Origin: Takakia lepidozioides
Lineage: Eukaryota; Plantae; Bryophyta
Assembly (NCBI GenBank): GCA_030704615.1
Contig: CM060733.1
Coordinates: 58,156,001 to 58,220,000, forward strand
Direction of reading: 5' to 3'
DNA: 64,000 nt
Shown one piece after another: positions 38,950 through 51,472 of the stretch (its first letter is position 1; each line of letters begins with the position of its first letter). A model generated the notes under the pieces. It was not told where the DNA came from. It saw only the letters and a list, made by a program, of their open reading frames with translations, and searched no databases. The position numbers and the translations under genes are program-made.

Positions 38950-40080
38950 TGCAACGACCGGCATCACTGGTGGTCGCATTTGTTTTTTATTCTTTGTAAA
39001 TGTAGCGAACGCAATGTAATAGCGGTCGTCTTTTATTTTTTCGTAAATTCAGCGTCCGCCGGAACTGGCGGTCGCTTTTATTTTTAGTTTTTCTAAAAAT
39101 TTGGCGGTCGCTTATTTTTTTAATTTTGGAAAATGGATTGACCGCCATATTTTGCGGTCGTTTTTTTGGGTTTTTTAAATGGATCGACCGTCAAGGTGGT
39201 GGTCCCTTCTACGAGGTGTGCCCTATGCATGGAACGAGGAATGGGGGGGGGGGGGGGGTGCATATAAGCTCCGACACATTCTCCCCTCACTTCCATTACT
39301 GGCGGTCGCTTCTACGAGGTATGCCCTACGCGTGGAGCGAGGAATGAGGCGGGGGGGACATATAAGCTCCGAGTCATTCTCCCCTCACTTCCATTACTGG
39401 TGGTCGCTTGAAGTTTTTTTTTTGGAAAATGCAGCGACCGCCATTACTGGTGGTCGCATTTATTTTATTTTTTTGCGAAATGGAGCGACCGCCATTAATG
39501 GCGGTCGTTTATTTTGTTTTTTAAATGGAGCGACCGCCAAGTGGCGGTCGCTTCTACGAGGTCTGCCCTGCGTGTAGAGCGAGGAATGAGGCGGGGGGGA
39601 GGGATATATATTTTTTGTAAATGCAACGACCGCCATTACTGGCGGTCGTTTTTTTTTAATTAGCTTGGAAATGAAACGACCGTCATTACTGGCGGTCGCC
39701 GATTTTTTTTTTTTGTAAATGCAGCGACCGCCATTAGTGGCGGTCGCTTTTATTTCAATTTTGTTGGAAATGGAGCGACCGCCATTACTGGCGGTCACTG
39801 TAATTATTTTAGTTTTATAAATGACGATTTTATTTCAATTTCTTTGGAAATGAAGCGACCGCCATGACTGGCGGTCACTTTAATTCTTAATGTCACTATA
39901 AATGTAGCGACCACCAATGCTGGCGGTCGCTTATTTATTTATTTATTTATTTGAAAATGGAGCGACCGCCAAATGGGTGGTCGCTTCTAGAAGGTTTGCC
40001 CTGCGCGTGGCCCGAGGAATGAGGGGAGGGGGGGCAGATAAGCCAAGGGAGGCTCATTCTCCCCTCACTTCCTCTCTACA
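38950..40080. repeat. Second GCGACCGCCA-N-TGGCGGTCGC array, T-rich spacers
   Basis: About 20 imperfect palindromes plus 4 copies of a gaggaatg(a)gg...ggggg module. Confidence 0.9.
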
Positions 40081-40360
40081 CAACTTCTGTGTGCGTGACA
40101 TTTCATTATTCCACGACACGTAGTCACGTGGAGAATAAGACCATTGGTTGGGTGGGGGGTGTTTTTTTTATTTTTTGCCACGATTTCTGTGAGGTCGTTG
40201 CAGAATGCTCCCATAGGCCCTCCTTTGGATTCCAGGATCATTTTATTCTACAAAATTTATAGGAACTATTATGACACCTACTCAAACTCGTTTAGGGTGA
40301 AGGATTTAGAGTTATATCTTATTAGTAAACCTCGTTTAGTATTGCTCTGATTGTTGCAGA

Positions 40361-42050
40361 ATGGCAGAAGGTCAGAACGATGAGCGTCATGGAAGAGATG
40401 ACCCCAATGAACATGGACCACCTCCTAAGAAAATCAGAGGGTTAAGGCAAGACTTGAATTGGGAGGTATATGGTGATCTTAACATACTAGCACAAGAGGG
40501 CTGGGAGGATGTTCCAGAAGAGTTCAGGTGGCCGATGGCGAGATGCAAAAAAATCGTGAAGTAGTATCACATCAATCGATTATGGCTTTTAGATAGGCAT
40601 GGCGTGCAAACCCGAAACAATTACACAAAGTCCAAGTCTTGCACGAACTTGCATTTCCAACATAGGGAGAATGAGGTGCATTGCACATTGTGGGATCAAC
40701 CTCTCTTAAAGGGCCAAATCCCGTACACCTTGGCAGCCATGGTGTATGTGGAGGTCATATTGTTGCGTCCAGTGAATTGATAAACTGCTAGTAGGAGGAA
40801 CGCAATGATGCTATACAATTTGGAGTACATCCCGGACACGTTTGGAACAAAACCGGCTGCATTATTAGAGGAACAACTGGTGGAAATAGACCAGCGAATC
40901 AAGACCCTGCAAGACCGATTGGACTGGCAAACACTGCACAGAGTCAAGTTGGAAGCTAGATTGCAAGATATGCCTCCAAACAATGAAGACACTGTTGTCC
41001 ACAATGAGGATCGAACAAACGTCGTAGACATGGACGCGGAGTTTGCAATGCCCGATCGCAGTATTGACCTCATTATTCACGAAATTACGGACATCCTTGA
41101 CCATGCGGCCGATGAAACCATGGTTGTGGAACAGCGAATTGCATGACAGAAGGAGGAAAAGAAAATAACTAGTACTGGAAATCGGGGAATGTTCGAGGGT
41201 CGTCATTCAATCCGAGATGAATCCAATATCTGATGTCGACCGCGTTACAAATGAGCGGGACATTGTCATGGCAACTGCATGGCGCTTGTCCAAAATATTG
41301 GAGATTCGGGCATAGGTCCCATTGAATGGCGGTTGGGAGAATTGGGTACAATGGGCGACCCATTTGGCCTCCAGAGAAGCACGGGTAGAGCGGGCACTGT
41401 CAGCCTTGCAACGTATCGCACGCAAGTCAAACCGTAGTGTAGATAGCATTTATGCCAACATGCAAAGGTATAACGATCTCCGTAGCGCATCAAGCGTGTT
41501 CGTCGGGTACACCAACTGGACAGATGTGGATTCTATGTTCAATCGATGTGAGTACGGGATTTCGGGATCGAACAGAAGCATAAACTGGGAATTAGAGATA
41601 GAGGAGGAGTGAGACACCACAACAAGGATGACCAACCACATCAAACCGGCCCAGAGGGAGGAGATACCACGACACGTTTTGCCGTCATGGATATCAGATG
41701 ACACAGTTTGTTCGATGTGCATGAATCCATACAGCCCAGAGGGATGTCATGTGTTTGGATCATGTGGACATTTGTTTCATCTCACATGTCTTATCCCGCA
41801 AGCCTTGCGGATGAGCGCTTGCCCAGAATATCGTACACCAATCCATCGCCGTTTCTATGAACTGGTGGGCTTGGAAGAAATGATGCCCATAGGTTTTAAA
41901 TACAATCAACACAACCTCCCATTGGATGGGCTACCATTTACATTTCTGAATTGTGTGCATTGGGGCGAGAACTTGGTATGGGATGCAGAATATTGTTGGA
42001 AAACACATGATAGCATTCCGCCAATTTTGTATATGCACCAATTTTGTTAA
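40361..42050 (+). pseudogene. RING-H2 zinc finger protein gene (decayed)
   Basis: CSMC...CGHLFHLTC...CPEY at 41709-41834 (C3H2C3 with last Cys to Tyr, TGT to TAT); upstream coiled-coil-like frames broken by stops. Confidence 0.7.
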
Positions 42051-43045
42051 TACACAATGCACATGTGTGGCACCTGCCAATTTCAATTGCATGAGTAACG
42101 TTCTCTTCACATTTACACTCATGTGATGGGAAAGAAGTGATTCACCCTGTAAACAAATTTACAATGGTGTCACATTTGGTCATGACGTGTATGTGGGTAT
42201 CTGCAATGAAAGTGTGGGGTGTAGGATTTAGTGTGGGGTTAGACCGCTTTGGTAAGATGTGGGGTGGAATAGAGTTACTAGAACTAATAAGTATGTAGTA
42301 TTGCCCGTATTACAATGCATTTGTAAGTGGTAGTTAAGAGCACTTGTATTTACTAAAATGATGAAATTTGATAATGCCGAAGTTCATGTCGGACTCGCAT
42401 TCCGGTAAAGGGATCTATGAAATGCAGTAGAGATCTATGTACAAGTTCCCCCAGAGCCAGATCCAGGCTGCCCGCCTGATCCCCCTGAGTCGACACCTTC
42501 GTTGGCATGTGATCCAAGTGCTCTTATTACATAGATAAATCAAATGATAGGAAGATAACATGAAATCTGATTTCAACACCATGTCATTTGCCCCATTTTC
42601 TTTTACCTTACACTAGAGAGAAAGACATGTAACATAAAAAATAACCAAAAATTCGGACTGACAATGAGGACAATGTATTGTATATGTAATTTCTAATTAC
42701 CTACACAACATCATCAGTTGATACTTCATCATCCGTGTCATAAGCCTGTGATTCAGAGGTATACACATCCATGAAAGCCTCAACTCTACGCAACCTATCC
42801 ACAGATTGTCCAACAGTTGCTGCTCTTCGAACAACAGATCATTGGAAAGACCTACATCACGTTGTTGATGTATTGAATGCAAAGCTTGGGACTCGGCATA
42901 CGAAGGTAGATAAAATGATGAAAGAGGACTTTGGGGCTGCATCACACATACATATATACTTATGTTAACAAATCAAATGGGAATGGTTTGCTTTGCAAAT
43001 AATATAGAGATTGCAATAAAGGGAATGAAGGCAAGACATACTCAC

Positions 43046-46000
43046 TAGGAAGTACTGCCGAGATGAAGACCAAGCTTGTGCGCCACCTTGGGAGCGGAGG
43101 GGTTCCAACAAACTCACAGGACGTTGAATGGTTGGAGTTACCACAGATGAAACCAAAACAGGTCGAGTATTTTGAAGTGCAGAGAGACGTGTTGCATCAA
43201 GACCAAATACGTGACGTCCAGACTCAAACAAAAAAAATGTAGAACCTGTAGGAAAAAAAACATGCAATGGTGATATTATATCGGATAATAGTTAATGATC
43301 ATGAATCAACTCAGAAGATTTTAATTACAAAATGGAGACCAATGCAAACCTGTGCCAGCTGTGAGATCCAAAATGCGGGAGCCAAGAAGTGAGCATGTTT
43401 CCAACAACACTTGCATGAAGGCGGGACTACGGTCTCGCGCATCCCTCCAAGCTTGTTGAGGAGTTTGCATGGGCAGTGCAGCATCTGGAATGTGGTTGTA
43501 GATGTCATCCAGCTCAACAGGGTCTGCAAGGGGGTCCACAACTTTGCCAGACTCACGCAGTTTGAATAGTCCTCATTGCTTGGTGAGGACATGGGCGTGG
43601 AAGAACATGGTATGTTAGACGTGTTATTTCCACAAAAACAGTGCACCCGGATGGTTTGATAATATGTATGAGAGTATGAAGATGAAACAACAAACAATGA
43701 GATATTGAAGAGGAATGATTTTTACCTTTCATGTCTGTGTGTGTAGAGGGGTGGTATTGATGCAAGTATATTTCCTTGATAGCATGAAAACGAAGCTGCC
43801 CCTAGAGTAAAAAAAGAGCTCCAGTGCAAAGGAATCATTGGAGCCCTGCAAGAACATCAGGCATCCATTGTCATCCAACAGGTCATTAGCAATGGAGAAT
43901 GCATACTCCCAATACCGTTTATCAATAGCAATCCAGGGGGGAACCTGTATACCATCCAAACAGCCATGTGCAGGCATTCCTATCGGGCAGTCCACGATGA
44001 TCATGTCCACAGCCACAGGCACGCTTTTTCCATCCACAACACTAGACCAAGTCCTTGGCAACTGCAAACAACATACAGAAAATGTAGGAGTCAATAGCCG
44101 GATGATGAGGATATAAAAACATCAAAGAATTCCTTACATTCGAACTTGTTTGTTGGGGGAAACTCATATTTTTTAAGAACTCCATGAGCTCTTTCAAGGT
44201 CGCATCAGGAGATGTACTTGAGGCCTCCACCATGTCAATGAAATGAGTAGGCATGATCTTCATGCGATACATGCTAGGTGCACCACCGAAAAATGACACT
44301 GCACTGTAAGGATGTTCGTCTGCCTTTGGCTTGTTTCCTCGAGTAGTAGGTGCAGTCACTACAACCAACTGATTTGAAGGATGTGAAGAACTACCAATAG
44401 GACCAGCAATAGAAGCCACACCTGCATTGACATCCGCACCTTTTTTTTTTTCATGATTTGCGTTTTGGTACACCCACAACCACAGGGACCACTTGGGCCA
44501 CAGCGTCAGCGGCCTGTGTAGCAATCTATTTTGAATGCTCCAGATCAAGAACATGGACTTCAGTGGATATACCCCTTTCATCACTCACTAACTGCTTGCG
44601 AACACATTCCTTATGAAGTCCCATTTCTGCATAGGGGATAGTACCCTTGGGCATCCAAATACCCCCCCCCCCCCCCCCTTCCCGATGTTCCACACCCCAA
44701 TCTTCCTCAATTGCAGGTGTGTACATGGAAGTTTGTTGAGCACCAAACTTCCAAGGCATCAGAAACTTGGGCTCAGCCTTAAGTTGACCACTCGACACAA
44801 GCACAAATCTCATGTACCTGAAATACAAACACATTCAAAGTTATTGTGGAGACAAATATTTATGCAACTTGCACTACAACAGATCGCGGTAATTATGACT
44901 GCCAAACCATGGTAGTCATGGTTTTCATGACTTTGACCATGACTGTACCATGTTTTTATATGAAATTGACCTCCTGCAGTCGTTCATACGGCTGTAGTCA
45001 TATGAACGACTATTTAAATAGTCGTCTGTATGACTACATGGCTCCGGAATGGGCGAAAGGCTGGTCAACGGCAATTGACCAGATTTAGCTCACCATTCAT
45101 AGTCATTTCCATGACTACAGTGTACATGGATGAGGTTACATAGTCATGATGACTATTGGGGATTTTGTAATTTGGTGTGTATAATACAATTAAAACACCA
45201 TATGATCATATGAATGACTAATGGGTGTATTGGTTAACAGGTAGTGAACTATAACTCTTATAGTAGAGAGGTTTCAGGTTTAAATTCCTCTAAGTACAAT
45301 CAAATGGATAAGATGGCCCTAGGGTTAGTAGGCGAGCTAGGGATAGCACGTGGTACCCTAGATGGACTGCCACGTGGTTTTTTCATTATTATAAAATGCA
45401 TTATGCCACATGGCACAATGCGGTGCGACGCGGCGTTTGACATATGTTTTTAGTTTTTTAGTTTTAATTTAATTTAATTTAATTTTTTAAATCAATTGCG
45501 CCTCGCCACGTGGCGTGGCAGCGGCGGCTGCAGTATGGTATATATGACTGCAGTGAGAGATATCACTTGGTTCATATGACTGTAGTCATCCAGACCGTAC
45601 CATCCTGTACTCATTGTATTGACTTGGTTTGCGCGACTTACAATCATAGAAGTCATATGTACCATTTATGACTGCAGAATAGTCATATATACAGTCATAA
45701 ATACCGCGATCTGTTGTAGTGTTGTTCAACAATTGAACAAGCACATTAAGAAACATGTATATCCCAATAACTAGAAAAATGCTTGAAGCATAGACATTTT
45801 CGACTTACAAGGTATGTACACTGTCCATGTACAATGCAATGGAAAGATTGTACCTGAATAGAATCCGTCTCACCACATTTTCCCCACCTGTTTGTTGTTC
45901 CCAATCATTGCATCTGAATGGCCCCTTTGGCAATGAGAACTCTCTATGAAACAACTCATTGAAATGAGTCATCTTCCATGTATCCATGTAGTCTCCCAGA

Positions 46001-46100
46001 CTCTCACTCTCTTCTTCCTCCAAGGCAACATGAAATCGGCCAAGCTGAGTGGTGTACAATGCAAACTGAGCCAAGGCAACCTTGCGAAGCTTCCAAAAAA
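43046..46100 (-). pseudogene. Intron-containing beta-class N4-cytosine/N6-adenine DNA methyltransferase-like gene (decayed)
   Basis: VDMIIVDCPIG (motif IV-like, DCPI at 43981-43992), LLDDNGCL, then RDRSPAFMQVLLETCSLLGSRILDLTAGTG|STFFLFESGRHVFGLD (motifs X, I, II) across intron 43246-43349; further in-frame GT-AG introns 44062-44137 and 44818-45808; nonsense codons and frameshifts. Confidence 0.72.
44872..45721. mobile_element. Non-autonomous CACTA element (850 bp) in an intron
   Basis: About 30-bp TIR CACTACAACAGATCGCGGTA(A/T)TTATGACTG; TSD TTG at 44869-44871 and 45722-45724; many ATGACT/AGTCAT subterminal motifs. Confidence 0.95.
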
Positions 46101-46104
46101 ATAC

Positions 46105-47340
46105 AATCAAAGCGATCCAAAATCATTTTGATGGCCAACCATCCGTTGAGCCATTGAATGAATTTCGATTGATCTCATATTAGTCCGGGACTTGTGAGAT
46201 GGTATCTTGAACGTACTAGCAAAGTTTGGAATCAAACAAAAATGATTTGGATGGGCAACCATCCGTTCACCCGTTGAATGAATTCTGTTGGATCTGCTAT
46301 TACTTTGGAACCTGTTGGACTGCATTTCGCGTGCTCATGATTTTTTTTTCATTATGTTTTTAAATGGGGCGTGTAATGACTCTATATGCAACGTGCGTGC
46401 CAAATTTGGGAGCGAACAAAATTCATTTGGACCCAAAACCACAGTTTCTTCCCTGTTTTGCACTCCAAACTTGATTTGTATTCTACTTCATGCACTCTTC
46501 ATAGAAAGTTCTGCAATAGTGAGCAAGAGAACGTTTTTTTTTTAATTTGGACATTTTTTATTGGTCCAAACTTTGGCGGGGGAGTAGCGGTGGGATGCTT
46601 GAAGCCGCAGAACAAAATTGAGCCAAAAACAAAATCGATACGTCGCAGAAACCCCCAATGAAAGGCAGTGTCAACCTATTTATTGGCTTAAATTTTATTT
46701 AAATTCAATTAAATTCTCGAATGGCTTGAGGGGTGAGCGCGTCGATGGGGAGGCAAATGATTTGTTCTTCTGTTATGTCTCGGCACATGGGTCGCACACA
46801 TGTTCAAGCACATGCGGGCAAAAGATGGGCTTCAACCACATCCGTTCAATGGGTGCAATAGCCGTGCATGCATTGCAAGATTTCTTTTCGCAATGAACAA
46901 AAACCAAATGACAAGTGAACGCCTCATTGGCCCATCGAACGAATTTCGATTGATCTCATATTATACTAGGACCTGTGAGATGGTATACTGAACACACTGC
47001 CTAAGTCTCAAAGCGGCCCAAAATCATTTGGATGGGAAACCATCCGTTTAGCCACTGAACGAATTTTGATTGATCGCATATTACTCTGGGACCTCTTACA
47101 TGATACATTGAACATACTGGCTAAGTCTGAAAGCGAACCAAAATCATTTCGATGGCCAACCATCCGTTGAGCCATCGAATGAATTTCGATTGATCTCATA
47201 TTAGTCTGGGACCTGATACATGGTATGTTGAACATAGTGGCAAAGATTGAAAGCAAACGAAAATCATTTGGATGGGCAACCATTCAGTCGCCCATTGAAT
47301 GAATATGATTTCGTCTCATATTAGACCAGGACCTGTTCCA
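46105..47340 (+). repeat. Interrupted tandem repeat, about 120-bp unit
   Basis: aaaatcattt.gatgg..aaccatccgtt units near 46110, 46231, 47011, 47131 and 47252, with degenerate units near 46800-47000. Confidence 0.8.
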
Positions 47341-48539
47341 TGGTATGCCTTTTGAAGCTCTTTTTGTAGTGTCTCCTGCTTTTGTAATGCGGTGCTTCTC
47401 CATGTCCACATTTATCCAATATGCTGATGTTCTCCACTTGGAATAGATCCACACATGTGTGCAAAAATCCTTATATAAGCAAATGACCATCTCCAAGCCT
47501 TATCCCCAGCTTCCAGTTTTAATGGTCATTTGGGTTTTTAAGTATTTATATACGCATATGTGGATATGTTCCAGATGGAGGATATCAACATTGGAAAAAT
47601 AAGAGTCGGAGAATCACCTCATTACGAAGTAAGAGACATTAGAGAAGACCTCAACATGTTGGACATCTGAATGAAGAACCTTGCCCATCGTCGCTTCAAG
47701 CGCTTCTAAAATGATCACATGTTTGTTGGTAGAAGCTGATCTCGTAAGCCACATTGATCTCATACCCATCGAAGACTCCCGTAGGCCACATGGAACGGTT
47801 TATGTAATATATTTTCACAAATGCGATATGATACATTTGTGAAATGGTATCACATCAACTGTTTAATGTGGCCAATGCATCTCTTCCGCACCATGGCGGA
47901 AATGTTCGCCACTTGAAGGCGCAAACACAAATAATCCGAGCAAACAATCTCAAGAATCATACGTACTGCAAGGTGTACTACTGCAAAAAGGGGGGGTTTA
48001 CAACGCCCACAGCCCGGCGCGCACGGCACCGTGCGACCCCACTTATTAGCGACGCCAAGAGGGTTGTTATTCAGGGGTCGATATTATACCGACCCCTGAG
48101 GGGTCGCTATACTGAAATCCCAGCAAAATGAGGATCCCAAAATGACTAAGTCATTGGGACCGACCACCCTGGCGTCGCTAATACTGCGGGGTTGATTTCC
48201 CGTCAGTTTCTTCCTGCGACGCCCTTGCCAACGGTCCCAATCCGACCCCAGAGGATTAGGGTTTTTTTCCCCCCAAACGACCTCTGGGCCAACCAAATAT
48301 ATTTTTAACATTGTCTACCGTCGTCCTGGGCGTCACTTTAACGGGGAAATTTGATTATTAAAGTTCTGATTTTGATTTTTAATTATTTAATTTCAATTTA
48401 AAGTCTGATTTTTGAGCAGGAAACCCGTAACCGGCCCCTGAATGGACGGTATCCTACCGACTTCTCTACAGTCGCTAGTAACAAATAACTAAATAACTGA
48501 CTACGACCCCTAAGCAGTTGCTACGCGCACCCCAATATA

Positions 48540-48603
48540 TATTTGGGAACTGGAACCGACACCCAGGGAGTCGCTGGTAGCACCCCACACAAACATTATA
48601 AAA

Positions 48604-48634
<31 letters not shown>

Positions 48635-51100
48635 CACACAACAACAACAGTCACCCTAGGGGTGCTGTTAAAGAGCATCAGATAATTAGCGTAGGGACAT
48701 GTACCGACCCCCAAGGAGGCGCTGATAGCACCCCAAAAATATTTTGCAAAAATACTCACAGCAACCCCCCATGAGTCGCTGTTAAGCAGCGTCAGGTTAT
48801 TGTTAGGAAGTTGAAGCGACCCCCAGGAAGACGCTAATAGAACCCCCCAAAATATGGACAAAAAAATCTGACAACGACGGCCTAGGGGTCGCTGTCGACA
48901 ACGTCGGGTTATTGCTTAGGGACTTGAAGCGACCTCAGGGAAGGCGCTGATACTAGTAGCGACCCCCAGGGAGTCACTAATAGAACCATTTTTTATTAAA
49001 TCGAATTTTAATGAATTTTAAATAAGTATTATGATTTAGAATATCTAGGATTGCGGATTTGAGGAAAAGATTGGACCAAAAACAAATGAAAAAAAATGAA
49101 AAAAAATAAAATCTTGGGTCACTATTGTAGAACTCTCTATGAAGAGTGCATGAAGTTGAAGAGAACTTAATCTTGGAGTGCAAATAAGGGAAGAAAATAT
49201 GGTTTGGGTTCAGATGATTTTTTTTTGCTGCGAAATTTTGCACGCACATTGCACACGCTGTCATTTAGCATATGGCAGGAGAATGGAACTAAAAAAAATC
49301 ATGTGCAGGCGAAACACAGTTTTCCGTCTGTACGACACGTAGTTGCGTTCATCACTTGAATGAGTATGCTTGCTTGCTTCCCACCAACCCTGAATGCAAT
49401 GACGGGTACGTTAAATGATCTGAATGGAAACCCCTACCTTGAGCTTTATGCCTGATTTGTGGAGGGCTATCTCTCTTTCCCCCCCCCCCCCCCCCAACAA
49501 TCCTTGAAAATAGCAACAACACCTTCATGCCATCTGCGTTGGGTTGCCATAGCACTGAGAAGTGAAATGCAATTGTGTATACAGATAAGCTGTTCTCCAA
49601 CGCTGCAAACCGTGCACTAGAATTGAAGTTTGCCTGCATGTGATCCCTATCAAACCTCAAACATGTCTGATCATAGTGACAGATTAAAATGATACAATAT
49701 TGGTTCAATGGACGACTTCTGATGGTCAATAGGTGTCTGCTCTTGCTACCACAAATATAGGAATAAACTGCTTTATACACATACGGTGGGTATCTGAAAA
49801 TTTGGATGGCCTGACATGTACCTGGATCTCGTTCTCTGAAATGGGTGTAGGAATCTTGGGAGTTGTTCCCACAAAATTCCACCTTCTGCACCACTTCATG
49901 ACCCCAGAAGTGAGGGCACGCATATTGTAGACGTTGTCATTAAGCATATGGCTTGATAATGGAATTAAAAAAAAATCATGTGTAGTCGACCGGATCCGAC
50001 ACCCTACACGTCGTTGTCAAACACCGTCGGGTTATCTTGAAACCCAAATAAAACTAGCCGCGACCGCCCGGGCGTCGATGGCACTACCCCATGAAACATG
50101 GCGAAAGAAAAAACACCTACGACCTCCTCGTGGTCGTTGTTAAACACCCACAGTAAAATATTTGGGAACTACAACCGATGCCCTGGGAGTCGCTGGTAGC
50201 ACCCTACACAAATATGGAAAAAAAACAAAAAAAAAACAAAACAAAACAAAACAACAACAGCAAGCGACTTCCAAGGGGATGCTATCAAACAGCGTTGGGT
50301 TAGCGTAGGGACATGTACCGACCCCCAAGGAGGCGTTGATAGCACCCCAAAAATATTTTACAAAAAAACTCACACCGACCCCCCATGGGTCACTGTTAAT
50401 CAGCGTCGGGTTATTGTTTAGGGACTTGAAGCGACCCCCAGGAAGGCGCCGATAGCACCCCAAAAAATACTTGCAAAAAAATCTGACAGCGACCCCTAGG
50501 GGGTCATAGGTAGCCGACGTCGGTTATTTTATTGTATAGACTTGTAGCGACCCCCCCTGAAGGCGCTGATTGCACCCCAAAAATATTTTGCAAAAATACT
50601 CACAACGATCCCCCATGGGTCGCTGTCAAGCAGCGTCGGGTTATTGTTAGGAAGTTGAAGCGACTCCCAGGAAAGCGCTGATAGCACCCCCCCAAAATAT
50701 GGACAAAAAAATCTGACAGTGACGGCCTAGGGGTCGCTGTTAACAGCGTCGGGTTATTGTTTAGGAAGTTGAAGCGACTCCCAGGGAAGGCGCTGATAGT
50801 AGTAGCGACCCCAGGGAGTAACTATTAGAACCATTTCTGATTAAATAGAATTTTAATGAATTTTAAATTAGTATTATGATTTAGAATATCTAGGATTGCG
50901 GATTTGAGGGGCGTAATGATTTTATTTTTTGCTATATTTTGTTCTTTGAATTCAGACTTTGGACTACTACATCCATGCAAAAGACTGGACAAAAAAAAAA
51001 TGAAAAAAAATCTTGGGTCACTATTGCATAACTCTCTATGAAGAGTGCATAAAGTTGAAGAGAACTTAATTTTGGAATGCAAATGAGAGAAGAAAATATG
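48540..51100 (+). repeat. Direct duplication of CACTA-B left-arm block (about 48540-49200 and 50160-51100)
   Basis: Shared blocks gggagtcgctggtagcaccc and attatgatttagaatatctaggattgcggatttgagg. Confidence 0.8.
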
Positions 51101-51470
51101 AGTACATGAGAAGGGTGAACAAAGAGGCCCCTCCAATGTGGAGGAAGAGGATAATGTGCGAAACAAAGACATGGCTTTGCCCAAAAAATCAAGGAGGGTG
51201 AAACCATCGAACACCGAGGTGGAGCAAGCACATGACTTTGAATTGAAGAACACCCCTTGCATAGTGGAGTGGGAGGCAAGACATGCGGATGAGAATGCAC
51301 GGCGGTTGGAATCAAGTACAATTTGGAGACGCACACGTGCGAGGGAATTGCGAGCCTCACGAGGACGGTGCGGATCCAGGAGCTCGGCCCCATCGGGGGC
51401 GCGTGATTTGCCCACGGAGATGCAACCATTGAAACCATTTCGCCATTGGCTCTGGAGTGGAGTTGAGAAA
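51098..51470 (+). pseudogene. Inverted CACTA transposase C-terminal fragment
   Basis: EYMRR...MW/EEEDN...EVEQAHDFELKNTPCI...LPTEMQPLKPFRHWL parallels EYMAE...VWDSNEED...ERDSAHEYILHNTDCM...YPTDMRLLAPFHEWI in CACTA-A. Confidence 0.65.
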
Positions 51471-51472
51471 TA

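Larger units (their letters stand above)
22692..40080 (+). mobile_element. Large hAT-family element (right end not found; may extend further)
   Basis: Starts where pol breaks; hAT transposase flanked by oppositely oriented GCGACCGCCA/TGGCGGTCGC arrays (A-rich spacers left, T-rich spacers right); no TIR/TSD pair found. Confidence 0.5.

Noticed and set aside
43046-46100. Bacterial contamination as the source of the MTase-like sequence
   Set aside because: It has in-frame GT-AG introns and a CACTA insertion with TSD in one intron.
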